32,000 bases of DNA. Source: an archaeon. GTDB lineage: Archaea; Iainarchaeota; Iainarchaeia; Iainarchaeales; CSSED10-239. A program made the translations under genes and the position numbers. The notes under the pieces are model-generated. The model searched no databases. It was not told the origin of the DNA and saw only the letters and a list, made by a program, of their open reading frames with translations. This document shows, one piece after another, positions 24,829 through 32,000 of the stretch (within the stretch, counting starts at the first letter, position 1; every line of letters begins with the position of its first letter). Location: the NCBI GenBank assembly GCA_035390665.1, contig DAOOUC010000006.1, positions 1 through 32,000 of the forward strand, in the 5' to 3' direction.

Positions 24829-24955
24829 CCCTCCTTAGCATAGCGGTTAGTGCGTCCGGCTGTAGACTAAAAGATTACACTCTTTTTTTGATTGTGGCAA
24901 TCCACATCAAAAGGCAGTGACCGGAAGATCCCCAGTCCAAATCTGGGAGGAGGGA
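24829..24955 (+). tRNA. tRNA-Tyr (anticodon GUA) with a 54-nt intron (24866-24919) at canonical position 37/38
   Basis: Acceptor CCCTCCT/AGGAGGG gives C1:G72 (archaeal/eukaryal Tyr identity). D stem GCAT/GTGC. Anticodon stem TCCGG...CCGGA is split by the intron after CTGTAG. T-arm CCCAG-TCCAAAT-CTGGG. Confidence 0.8.
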
Positions 24956-24963
24956 ATCCGACT
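24950..24963 (+). repeat. Direct repeat copy 1 (GAGGGAATCCGACT), overlapping the last 6 nt of tRNA-Tyr
   Basis: Exact 14-mer, repeated at 26058-26071. Confidence 0.6.
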
Positions 24964-25033
24964 TCAACTAAAACCTTCTATTTAAGTTGGAGTAACATAT
25001 TAACTAAATAGTGTTACCTTAAATTTTTTAATT

Positions 25034-25095
25034 AAATAGTGTATTACTCACTAAAGTGTATTACTCGATACCTTTTTAAATATTTTGAGTAATAC
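25034..25095 (+). promoter_or_regulatory. Operator-like repeat array and TATA box upstream of fic
   Basis: AGTGTATTACTC occurs twice (25038-49, 25055-66), with its inverted copy GAGTAATAC at 25087-95. TTTTAAATAT (25074-83) lies about 20-30 nt before ATG 25103, suggesting a leaderless mRNA. Confidence 0.45.
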
Positions 25096-25102
25096 AATTT
25101 AT

Positions 25103-26038
25103 ATGAGCTATTTATCTAAATTACAAAGAAATAATAAAACGTATTATTATCTTGTAGAGAATATTCCTGTGTCAAAAGGAAAAAGAAAGCAGATAAGAAA
25201 ATATATAGGAACTGCAAAACCAACAGAGCAACAGTTATCTTTAGAATTATCAAAATTTGAAAACGAAATTAGCCCTAAGAAAAAGCAATTGCAAGGATTT
25301 ACATATTTAACTAAAGACGAAATTAAAGAAATTGATGAGATTAATTCAAATTTTTGGAAGAAATACAATACCTTAACAAAAACAGAAAAAGAAAGCTTTT
25401 GGAATAACTTCATTAGTGTTTTTGTATATAATACCAATTCAATAGAAGGTTCTACTTTAACCTTAAAAGAAGTTGAACTATTATTATCTGAAAACATTTC
25501 TCCAAATAGACCATTAGAAGATGTATTAGAAACAAAATCTGCTAAAAGAGCAATTGATTATCTTTTAGACTATAAAGAAGATTTATCTATTGATTTAATA
25601 ACCGAATTACATAAAATTTACTTTAAAGAAAGCTTTCCAGAGATTGCAGGTAAATTAAAAAGATTAAACAATAGAATAATGGGCTCAAAATTTGATACCA
25701 CCCCAAAAGAATTTGTTTTAACTGACTTAAAGATATTTATTGATAATTATAATAAACTAAAAAAAGAACTACATCCAATAGAGCTTTCAGCTTGGACACA
25801 TTGGGCTTTTGTTAAGATTCATCCGTTTCAAGATGGTAATGGCAGAATATCAAGATTAATAATGAACTTTGTACTTCACAAAAACAAATATGCATTAATT
25901 GATATTAAAACCAAAGAAAAGCAAGCTTATTTTAATGCACTTGAAAGATGTAATTATACAAGCAATGGAAAACCATTAGCACAAAGATTAGTTAGAAGAT
26001 TTAAAAAACAATATCAAAATGCTTTTTCAGAACTATAA
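25103..26038 (+). CDS. fic: Fic/DOC-family protein (probable AMP transferase) with an intrinsic inhibitory helix motif
   Basis: Fic motif HPFQDGNGRISR. Upstream TNSIEG fits the (S/T)xxxE(G/N) auto-inhibition motif. The ORF-track start 25085 is a TTG, so ATG 25103 is preferred. Confidence 0.85.
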   Translation: MSYLSKLQRNNKTYYYLVENIPVSKGKRKQIRKYIGTAKPTEQQLSLELSKFENEISPKKKQLQGFTYLTKDEIKEIDEINSNFWKKYNTLTKTEKESFWNNFISVFVYNTNSIEGSTLTLKEVELLLSENISPNRPLEDVLETKSAKRAIDYLLDYKEDLSIDLITELHKIYFKESFPEIAGKLKRLNNRIMGSKFDTTPKEFVLTDLKIFIDNYNKLKKELHPIELSAWTHWAFVKIHPFQDGNGRISRLIMNFVLHKNKYALIDIKTKEKQAYFNALERCNYTSNGKPLAQRLVRRFKKQYQNAFSEL

Positions 26039-26057
26039 ATCTTTTAATATCTTAGTA

Positions 26058-26071
26058 GAGGGAATCCGACT
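26058..26071 (+). repeat. Direct repeat copy 2 (GAGGGAATCCGACT)
   Basis: Exact match to 24950-24963, 19 nt after the fic stop. Confidence 0.6.
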
Positions 26072-26426
26072 CCTATTTCTAAAAAGAAACTCTTTTAAAT
26101 ATTATGTTTTATACTTTTGTATAAATTATTAATTAAATAACTTAAAATGGAGATGATGTTAAAAGGTTCCAAGAAAGTGAAAGAAAAAGACTAGCACAAA
26201 AAGCAGAAGCAGCTAGTGAAATGCAACGACAACAGCAAAGAAAAATAGAACAATATAGGGGATTATTAAAAACTAAAATTAATAAATAATATTAATTTAA
26301 ATTATTAATAACTTTGTAAATAATTAAAGGAGTTGGTAAGAATGAAAGGAAAGTATCTACCAACTTCTAACAATGAACAGATTTATTTTTAATTAACTTT
26401 ATATTCTTTTTGTTTCTCTTTCTTTT

Positions 26427-27086
26427 ATGGCTCCAGTATCTGTATCTTTTAGAAGACATGCTCAAAAGACAAGAAATGGGCATAGTATTACTTCTAATGG
26501 AAAAAAAGATGTTAAAGATTTATCAAATAAATTATCAACTACTACAAAACTATATTCTTCTCCTGAAAATAGAACAATAGAAACCGCAGAATATCTAAAA
26601 TTATTTACTCACTCAGAATATAATATAAGAGTAAGAAATATTTTACGAGGACATAAATATTTTGCAGGAAAAAGAATTAAAACCACTAAAAAAGATAATT
26701 TTCTAACTTTATTTAAAGACCTGGCTAAAAAGATTGGAATTAATGACAAATTGCTAATTAAGGTGTGGCTATCTGGGAAAGTTCCAAAAAAGATTGTTCC
26801 AAGACCAGAAGTTATTGCTGATGAAATAATAAGAGATAGATTTAGATTACCTAATAGAGTAAAAAACACAGAAAAATCAATAATCTTTGAAAACATAACA
26901 CACGATATTGTTATAGCTGCTTTGTTTCAACGATTGTCTGGAGAGAAATATCATAGTCAATTTAAGGATTTACCAAAAGAATTAGAATCTTTAAAAGTTG
27001 ATATTTCAAGAGATGGAAAAGCAACCATGCAATTTAGAAATTATAAAAAAGGAATAACAGAAACATTAAAAGAAATATTAAAATAA
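26427..27086 (+). CDS. Histidine phosphatase superfamily protein (SixA/PGAM-like)
   Basis: N-terminal SFRRHAQK (RHG/A motif), LYSSPENRTIETAEYL (SSP..R..QTA-like), a later ITHDIVIAAL (second catalytic His). Confidence 0.55.
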   Translation: MAPVSVSFRRHAQKTRNGHSITSNGKKDVKDLSNKLSTTTKLYSSPENRTIETAEYLKLFTHSEYNIRVRNILRGHKYFAGKRIKTTKKDNFLTLFKDLAKKIGINDKLLIKVWLSGKVPKKIVPRPEVIADEIIRDRFRLPNRVKNTEKSIIFENITHDIVIAALFQRLSGEKYHSQFKDLPKELESLKVDISRDGKATMQFRNYKKGITETLKEILK

Positions 27087-27087
27087 A

Positions 27088-27912
27088 TCATTTTGTTCTA
27101 TAGATTCTATTTATTATTTCTATCTTCTTATCATAATCTATTGCTGTTTTATAATTATACCAGAAGATATTCATAAAGAAATTAATCCAAGTATCATCGT
27201 ATATATCATAAATCAAAGTAATGTCTTTCTCTAATTCATGAAGCTTAAAATTTTTCTCTTCTTTGCTTTCTTTAAAGATAGAATGCCCACAATCAAATAT
27301 AATACCTCTTAATGGTTGTAATTGATGCCTTAATTCTATTGATTTAGGATATTTTTGTAATAAAGGCAAAAGAAGATTAATATTTTTTAAAGTATCTATA
27401 TCTATTCTTGCAATAATTTTAACTTTTAACCCGTTTTTTATTCTGGTCTCTAATTTATCTATAAGATTCTCATTCTTATATTTAATTTTAAGAAAAGACA
27501 GATTTCCAGATAGAAAATATACAAAATTAGATTTGTCTAGATATTCAAAAATTAATTTTGGATCAAAATCTTCTCCCTTATATAAATGTCCATTTGATCT
27601 CTCTTTAGAAACATATTGAAAAATTTCCATAAAACTGAAATCTTTCTTATAATTTGTACTTTTTATTTTTGTAAATAAAATATTTTCTATTTCAGTAGAA
27701 GAAACTTTATTAGTTGAATAAACCAGTTTTATAATGTTATATCCTGCTTTTATGTTCTTGATATCAATTAATCCAGTATTCTTTCTAAACTCGTCTACAT
27801 ATTTCTCTGCAGTTACCCAACTAATTCCTAGTTCTTTAGAAATTTCCTGTATAGTTCTTGGTTCAACTTCTACAAGTTTAATTATTTCATTTGCTTTTTC
27901 TTGTGATATCAT
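27088..27912 (-). CDS. HTH transcriptional regulator (TrmB-like architecture)
   Basis: N-terminal wHTH EPRTIQEISKELGISWVTAEKYV plus a ~200-aa C-terminal domain. Divergently transcribed from the radical SAM gene. Confidence 0.5.
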   Translation of the reverse strand: MISQEKANEIIKLVEVEPRTIQEISKELGISWVTAEKYVDEFRKNTGLIDIKNIKAGYNIIKLVYSTNKVSSTEIENILFTKIKSTNYKKDFSFMEIFQYVSKERSNGHLYKGEDFDPKLIFEYLDKSNFVYFLSGNLSFLKIKYKNENLIDKLETRIKNGLKVKIIARIDIDTLKNINLLLPLLQKYPKSIELRHQLQPLRGIIFDCGHSIFKESKEEKNFKLHELEKDITLIYDIYDDTWINFFMNIFWYNYKTAIDYDKKIEIINRIYRTK

Positions 27913-27998
27913 AGAAATATTTAGCCCCGAAATATTTAAATATATATTTTAATAAAATAAAACCAATTAAAATAAACAATAAAACACATAACAAATCT

Positions 27999-29039
27999 AT
28001 GTTAGAAGACAACTACTTTACAAAAGAATATATTTTCAATAAAATCCCAATTAGATTTATGTTAACTGAAAAATGTAATTTAAGATGTCACATGTGTAGT
28101 GCTGATGGATTAGGCATAGGAAAAGTAAATTGCAATCAATCAAAAGAAATGAATTTAGAGAAAGCAAAAATATTAGTGGATCTTTTATCTGAAATAAATT
28201 ATTCTGGAGAAATTACCTTCTCTGGCGGAGAACCAATGGTTTATTCTTATTTTTATGAATTGATTGAATATATTTTAAAAAACAACAAAAATACAATAAA
28301 AGTAATAACAAATGGCACAATCCCATTCAAAGAAAATTTCTTCACAGATAGAAAAAAAGCACAAATATCTATTCATTCTTTAGATTATAAATCTTGGAAT
28401 AAGATTACTCAAGGAAATATAATCCAATTCAATAACCTTGTTAAAAATTTAGAAAAAATGAACAAAGAACAAGTACATAACATTAATGTAGTAATTCATA
28501 AAGGAATAAATGATAGTAATGAAGAACTATTTTCTTTATTTGAATTTTCAAAAAATAATAATTTTCATTTAAGATTGTTTAAGTTATTTCCATATACCGA
28601 AAATATGTATAATAAATATAAAGAAATTAATAAAGAATATTTGAATGATTTAAAATTAAAAAAATCCCCCAATAAAGTGAGATGGCATAATCAAGATGAA
28701 TATTCTCAATTGGAAAGATATTATTTTAATGATAATCTAAATCAAGAAATAGATGTTGCATCTTGTCCTTGCTTTAGTGGAGAATGTAGTAGTTGCTATA
28801 AATGGCATTTTCTTCAAATTACTTCTGATTTAAAAATAAAAACTTGTCTGGAAAGAGATAATTACATCGATTTAAATGAAGCAATAATAAAAAAAGATTC
28901 AAAATTACTTTGGGAAAAAATAATAGAATCTAGAATTGCAATCTTTAACCATGGAAAAGAAAGCCCACCTTTAAGGAATCATCCGTTTTTTAATTGTGGA
29001 TTGAATACAATAAAAATTATAAATAATTTAAGACACTAA
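27999..29039 (+). CDS. Radical SAM enzyme, MoaA-like
   Basis: CNLRCHMC (CxxxCxxC), FSGGEPMV, and a C-terminal CSSCYKWHFLQITSDLKIKTCL resembling the MoaA auxiliary-cluster segment (CxxC...R.T.DG.L..CL). Confidence 0.65.
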   Translation: MLEDNYFTKEYIFNKIPIRFMLTEKCNLRCHMCSADGLGIGKVNCNQSKEMNLEKAKILVDLLSEINYSGEITFSGGEPMVYSYFYELIEYILKNNKNTIKVITNGTIPFKENFFTDRKKAQISIHSLDYKSWNKITQGNIIQFNNLVKNLEKMNKEQVHNINVVIHKGINDSNEELFSLFEFSKNNNFHLRLFKLFPYTENMYNKYKEINKEYLNDLKLKKSPNKVRWHNQDEYSQLERYYFNDNLNQEIDVASCPCFSGECSSCYKWHFLQITSDLKIKTCLERDNYIDLNEAIIKKDSKLLWEKIIESRIAIFNHGKESPPLRNHPFFNCGLNTIKIINNLRH

Positions 29040-29117
29040 CTAATTTCTGTTTATAAACTAATTGTTTCTTAAATATATATTACTATATTATTAATATAAT
29101 TTAAAAAGGAAAAAAAT

Positions 29118-30482
29118 ATGACTAGTTCTAATGAGAGCTTTGATGGCTTGGTCAAAGATAAACAAATATTACAAGCAATAACAAATATCGGTATTACTAA
29201 ACCAACAGAAATACAAGAAAAAGTAATTCCATTAATTTTAGAGGGGAAAAACGTAATTGCTCAATCTGCTACAGGAACAGGAAAAACAATTGCTTTTTTA
29301 GCAGGAATTTTACCTTCTGTTAATAAAATAAAAAAAGTGCAATGTTTAATTATTGTTCCAACAAGAGAACTTGCAAATCAAGTTTATGAAGAAACAAAAA
29401 AGATTGGAAAAGTAAAAGATTTACAAGCATGTGCTGTTTTTGGTGGTGCATCAATTAATAATCAAGCAAAACAATTAAGATATGCAGATATTGTTATTGG
29501 AACGCCAGGAAGACTAATTGATCAAATAGATAGAGGAAACCTAAGATTAGACAATATCAAATATCTAGTATTAGATGAAGCAGACAGAATGTGCGATATG
29601 GGATTTTATGAAGACATTTCAAAGATAATCACGCAAGTTCCAAAAGAAAGACAAACTCTTCTTTTTTCAGCAACAATAACAGATGATGTATCTAAACTTG
29701 AAAGAGATTATATACCTAAACCACAAAAAATAAAAGTACAAACAAATGTAGATCCTAAAAATCTTTTACAAGAATATTATATTGTTAAATCAAATCAAAA
29801 ATTTTCATTACTTTTACATTTAGTTAAACAACACAATAAAAAATCAATTATTTTTTGTAATACAAGAAGCGAAGTTGATGTTTTATATAATAATTTTAGA
29901 GAACACAGGGTTGAATGCTTTAGATTACATGGTGGATTAGAGCAAAACAAAAGAAGTGCTACAATTGAAAAGTATCAAGATCATAAAGATGCAGTATTAA
30001 TCTCAAGTGATGTTTCTGCAAGAGGAATACATGTTGATAATTTAGAATATATCTATAATTATGATTTACCTAAAGACAATACACAATATATTCACAGAAT
30101 TGGTAGAACAGCAAGAGCTGGAAAAAAAGGAAAAGCAATTGCAATAATTACAAATAAAGAAGAAGAAGATTTCTTAAGAATGTGTAAGAAATTTGGATTT
30201 TCCGTTGAACATAAGCAATTACCGGCATTAGTACCAATTGCTCTAAAAAGAACAACAGAAGAACAAAAAAGACTAGAAGAAAGAAATCAAGATGGAAGAA
30301 ATAGATATAGAGAAAGAAGAGAACACTTTAGTAAAGGACCAAGAGATAGGCAAAAAGAAAATTTTAAGAAAAAATTCGTAGGAGAATTAACAGAAGAAGA
30401 AATCAAGAAACAAAAAACAGATTTTTTCAGACATAAAAGAAAAATTAGACAAAACAAATACTCTAAAGGAGGAAGAAGATAA
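29118..30482 (+). CDS. DEAD-box ATP-dependent RNA helicase with a basic C-terminal tail
   Basis: Q motif (PTEIQ), AQSATGTGKT, PTRELA, GTPGRL, DEAD (LDEADRM), SAT, ARGIHV, HRIGRTARAG. Confidence 0.92.
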   Translation: MTSSNESFDGLVKDKQILQAITNIGITKPTEIQEKVIPLILEGKNVIAQSATGTGKTIAFLAGILPSVNKIKKVQCLIIVPTRELANQVYEETKKIGKVKDLQACAVFGGASINNQAKQLRYADIVIGTPGRLIDQIDRGNLRLDNIKYLVLDEADRMCDMGFYEDISKIITQVPKERQTLLFSATITDDVSKLERDYIPKPQKIKVQTNVDPKNLLQEYYIVKSNQKFSLLLHLVKQHNKKSIIFCNTRSEVDVLYNNFREHRVECFRLHGGLEQNKRSATIEKYQDHKDAVLISSDVSARGIHVDNLEYIYNYDLPKDNTQYIHRIGRTARAGKKGKAIAIITNKEEEDFLRMCKKFGFSVEHKQLPALVPIALKRTTEEQKRLEERNQDGRNRYRERREHFSKGPRDRQKENFKKKFVGELTEEEIKKQKTDFFRHKRKIRQNKYSKGGRR

Positions 30483-31042
30483 TGATTAAAAAAACAGAAC
30501 AAAAGAAATTAGAAAATATAGTCTATAATGTTATAATGTTTGCATTAATCTTTGCTTTAGTAATTAGTTTTGTATTTACTATTGATAAATTAATCTTAGA
30601 GAAACCAAAAGACACATGTTATTTACAAGACTATACTTACTATAAGGCAGAGCCAGTAGTAAATCTTGACCAAAACTGTAACTATGATGAATATTATATC
30701 TCCTCTTGTGTACAATCAGAAGGAAATATAATATATAGAAAAAACTGCCAAATGGAATGTAGTTATTGCTATAGAGATTTTAATAAAGTTATGGAAACCT
30801 ACAACAACAGAATAAATCTTGGCAGAATGATTCTAACTTTCTTGTTAGCTTTAGCTTTTGCATTTATAACCATTAAAGACAAAATCATAAGATATTCAAT
30901 ACTATCAGCATCATTAGTTTCATTATTTATTGCAACAATGTCTGCAATGAATTTATTAGATAAAATGTTGCCATTAGTAATAATTGTTGAATTCTTATTG
31001 GTAATTTTTATCTACAGGAAAACAAATAAAGATAAGAAGTAA
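30482..31042 (+). CDS. Hypothetical membrane protein with a Cys-rich extracytoplasmic segment
   Basis: TAATG overlap with the helicase stop. GGAGG lies 8-9 nt upstream. N-terminal TM, 7 Cys within about 55 aa, C-terminal TM helices. Confidence 0.55.
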   Translation: MIKKTEQKKLENIVYNVIMFALIFALVISFVFTIDKLILEKPKDTCYLQDYTYYKAEPVVNLDQNCNYDEYYISSCVQSEGNIIYRKNCQMECSYCYRDFNKVMETYNNRINLGRMILTFLLALAFAFITIKDKIIRYSILSASLVSLFIATMSAMNLLDKMLPLVIIVEFLLVIFIYRKTNKDKK

Positions 31043-31050
31043 AGAGCTTT

Positions 31051-31701
31051 TTATTTTGCTCTACTTCTTATTACTTTTTTTTTATAATTTGGATTTTCAT
31101 TAATTAATATAAATTGTTTTTTAGCAGGTCCGGGATTATTTTTACTTTCAGGAATTGTAATTAAATCATATTTAAAACTAGAATGTTCAAAACTTCTAAA
31201 AATCTCTTTTGTTTTTATTCTGTTTTCAATTGGAACAATTAGTGGTCTTTTTCCAACAACTTTTGAATTTACGGATTGGGTTTCAGGAAAAGCACTCATA
31301 TAAATAAATTTAGATTTGTGTTTTACTCTCTGATCAGCAATTACCCTTTCCATAAGTAAAGTTCCTAATCCTTGTCCTTGATATTTAGGATTGATAAAGG
31401 TTTCTGTTAAATGAAAAAAATTAGCTGTTGGATTTTCTTTAATATAAAGTTCTGATGCTTTTCTTAAATGACCCATAGTGCATCCCAGTAGTTCTTTGCC
31501 ATTATACATTAAATAAAAAATCGTTTTTGATTTTTCTTTTTTTCTTTCATTTAAATAATTTTTTAAATCATCAGGTTTTCTTTGAAATAAATTATCAATA
31601 TTGCTAATATCTTTTATAATTTCTGGAGTTAATTTATCAAATTCTTCCCAGGTTATTTTCTTGTAATTTATATCTTTGAATCTAGAATGTATTGGTTGCA
31701 T
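31051..31701 (-). CDS. GNAT-family N-acetyltransferase
   Basis: Acetyl-CoA binding motif QGQGLGTLLMERV. Confidence 0.7.
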   Translation of the reverse strand: MQPIHSRFKDINYKKITWEEFDKLTPEIIKDISNIDNLFQRKPDDLKNYLNERKKEKSKTIFYLMYNGKELLGCTMGHLRKASELYIKENPTANFFHLTETFINPKYQGQGLGTLLMERVIADQRVKHKSKFIYMSAFPETQSVNSKVVGKRPLIVPIENRIKTKEIFRSFEHSSFKYDLITIPESKNNPGPAKKQFILINENPNYKKKVIRSRAK

Positions 31702-31764
31702 ACCTAAGAATATTAAAGAAAGTTTTTTAAATAAATTGAAAATATATATATTAGGTGTAAATTT

Positions 31765-32000
31765 ATGTTAGATAAGATTACTAGATTAGAAATAGATAAT
31801 AAAAGACTTAAAAAGAAAATAACAAGTGCTAAAAAGAAATTACAAAAAGAACAAGAAGCACTTAAAAAAGAAACCCTAACAAGACTTACTGCACTTATTA
31901 CTGCTGCTTTTGGTCTAGTCGCAGCTCTTGCATGGAATGATACAATTAAAGCACTTTTTGTTATGCTTTTTGGAAAAGCCGAAACTTTCTGGGCGATGTT
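31765..32000 (+). CDS. 5' part of a small coiled-coil/TM protein (DUF5654-like), truncated by the window end
   Basis: MLDKITRLEIDNKRLKKK... then ITAAFGLVAALAWNDTIKALF, a motif I associate with a small conserved membrane-protein family. Confidence 0.5.
   Translation, partial: MLDKITRLEIDNKRLKKKITSAKKKLQKEQEALKKETLTRLTALITAAFGLVAALAWNDTIKALFVMLFGKAETFWAM

Larger units (their letters stand above)
24964..26057 (+). mobile_element. Possible remnant of a tRNA-Tyr-integrated element carrying only a Fic gene
   Basis: Bounded by 14-bp direct repeats, one overlapping the tRNA 3' end (attL/attR-like geometry). No integrase is present. Confidence 0.35.

Noticed and set aside
26147-26289. Short ORFs after the fic cassette: MEMMLKGSKKVKEKD* and, in the -1 frame, ...FQESERKRLAQKAEAASEMQRQQQRKIEQYRGLLKTKINK*
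   Set aside because: The longer frame has no start codon after its upstream stop, and the two frames would need a frameshift with no convincing slippery heptamer. I treat this as decayed gene debris rather than a gene or programmed frameshift.
26331-26392. Hairpin AGTTGGTA-N19-TACCAACT (26331-26365) overlapping a 16-aa ORF (MKGKYLPTSNNEQIYF) with an AGGAG upstream
   Set aside because: An 8-bp stem and a tiny ORF in AT-rich DNA are within chance expectation. There is no attenuator-like alternative pairing or conservation evidence.
27999-29039. The radical SAM gene as the missing partner of the Memo-AMMECR1 fusion
   Set aside because: Its motifs (CNLRCHMC, FSGGEPMV, MoaA-type C-terminal Cys segment) look MoaA-like rather than like the PFL-activase-like AmmeMemoRadiSam enzyme. 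It is also 17 kb away in a different transcription unit. A profile search could still overturn this.
1-32000. CRISPR arrays, cas genes, transposases, integrases, restriction-modification genes
   Set aside because: I looked for regularly spaced identical repeats and for the characteristic protein motifs, and found none.

Overview
This is an AT-rich, tightly packed archaeal chromosome segment. It most resembles a small-genome DPANN-type archaeon (Woese-/Pacearchaeota-like); that placement is inference, not a database result. Support: an archaeal-type 16S rRNA (about 15007-16502) with no 23S gene anywhere in the window, a tRNA-Tyr with C1:G72 and a 54-nt intron at 37/38, FEN1, ribosomal proteins L40e and L41e-like, a class-III (pilin-type) signal peptide, a short RNase P RNA, AT-rich TATA promoters, and many ATGA/TAATG start-stop overlaps. 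I can support about 40 protein genes, 6 tRNAs (Gly-UCC, Glu-UUC, Ala-CGC, Ala-AGC, Ala-UGC, intron-containing Tyr-GUA), the 16S rRNA and RNase P RNA. Recognisable functions are: polyamine synthesis (PLP decarboxylase + agmatinase); a Trx-CcdA disulfide module; nucleotide sanitation and salvage (MazG, dUTPase, HIT, thymidine kinase); a Memo-AMMECR1 fusion; a site-2 protease; FEN1 plus a JAMM protein; a bacterial-type CoaD-CoaE fusion; an HD hydrolase; Fic; a histidine phosphatase; a MoaA-like radical SAM; a DEAD-box helicase; and a GNAT. The most interesting unexplained signals are: (1) three paralogues of an uncharacterised, possibly kinase-like family, each translationally coupled to a HIT, Memo-AMMECR1 or thymidine kinase gene; (2) a GC-rich structured element in rearranged, inverted copies abutting tRNA-Gly and tRNA-Ala, with one compensatory stem change; (3) a 16S gene followed by a pilin-signal/GLUG-repeat surface protein and then three tandem tRNA-Ala genes, one with an A34 (AGC) anticodon; (4) a Fic cassette bounded by 14-bp direct repeats that overlap the tRNA-Tyr 3' end; (5) a three-gene UPF0175/PIN/unknown cassette. 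No CRISPR array, integrase or transposase was seen.
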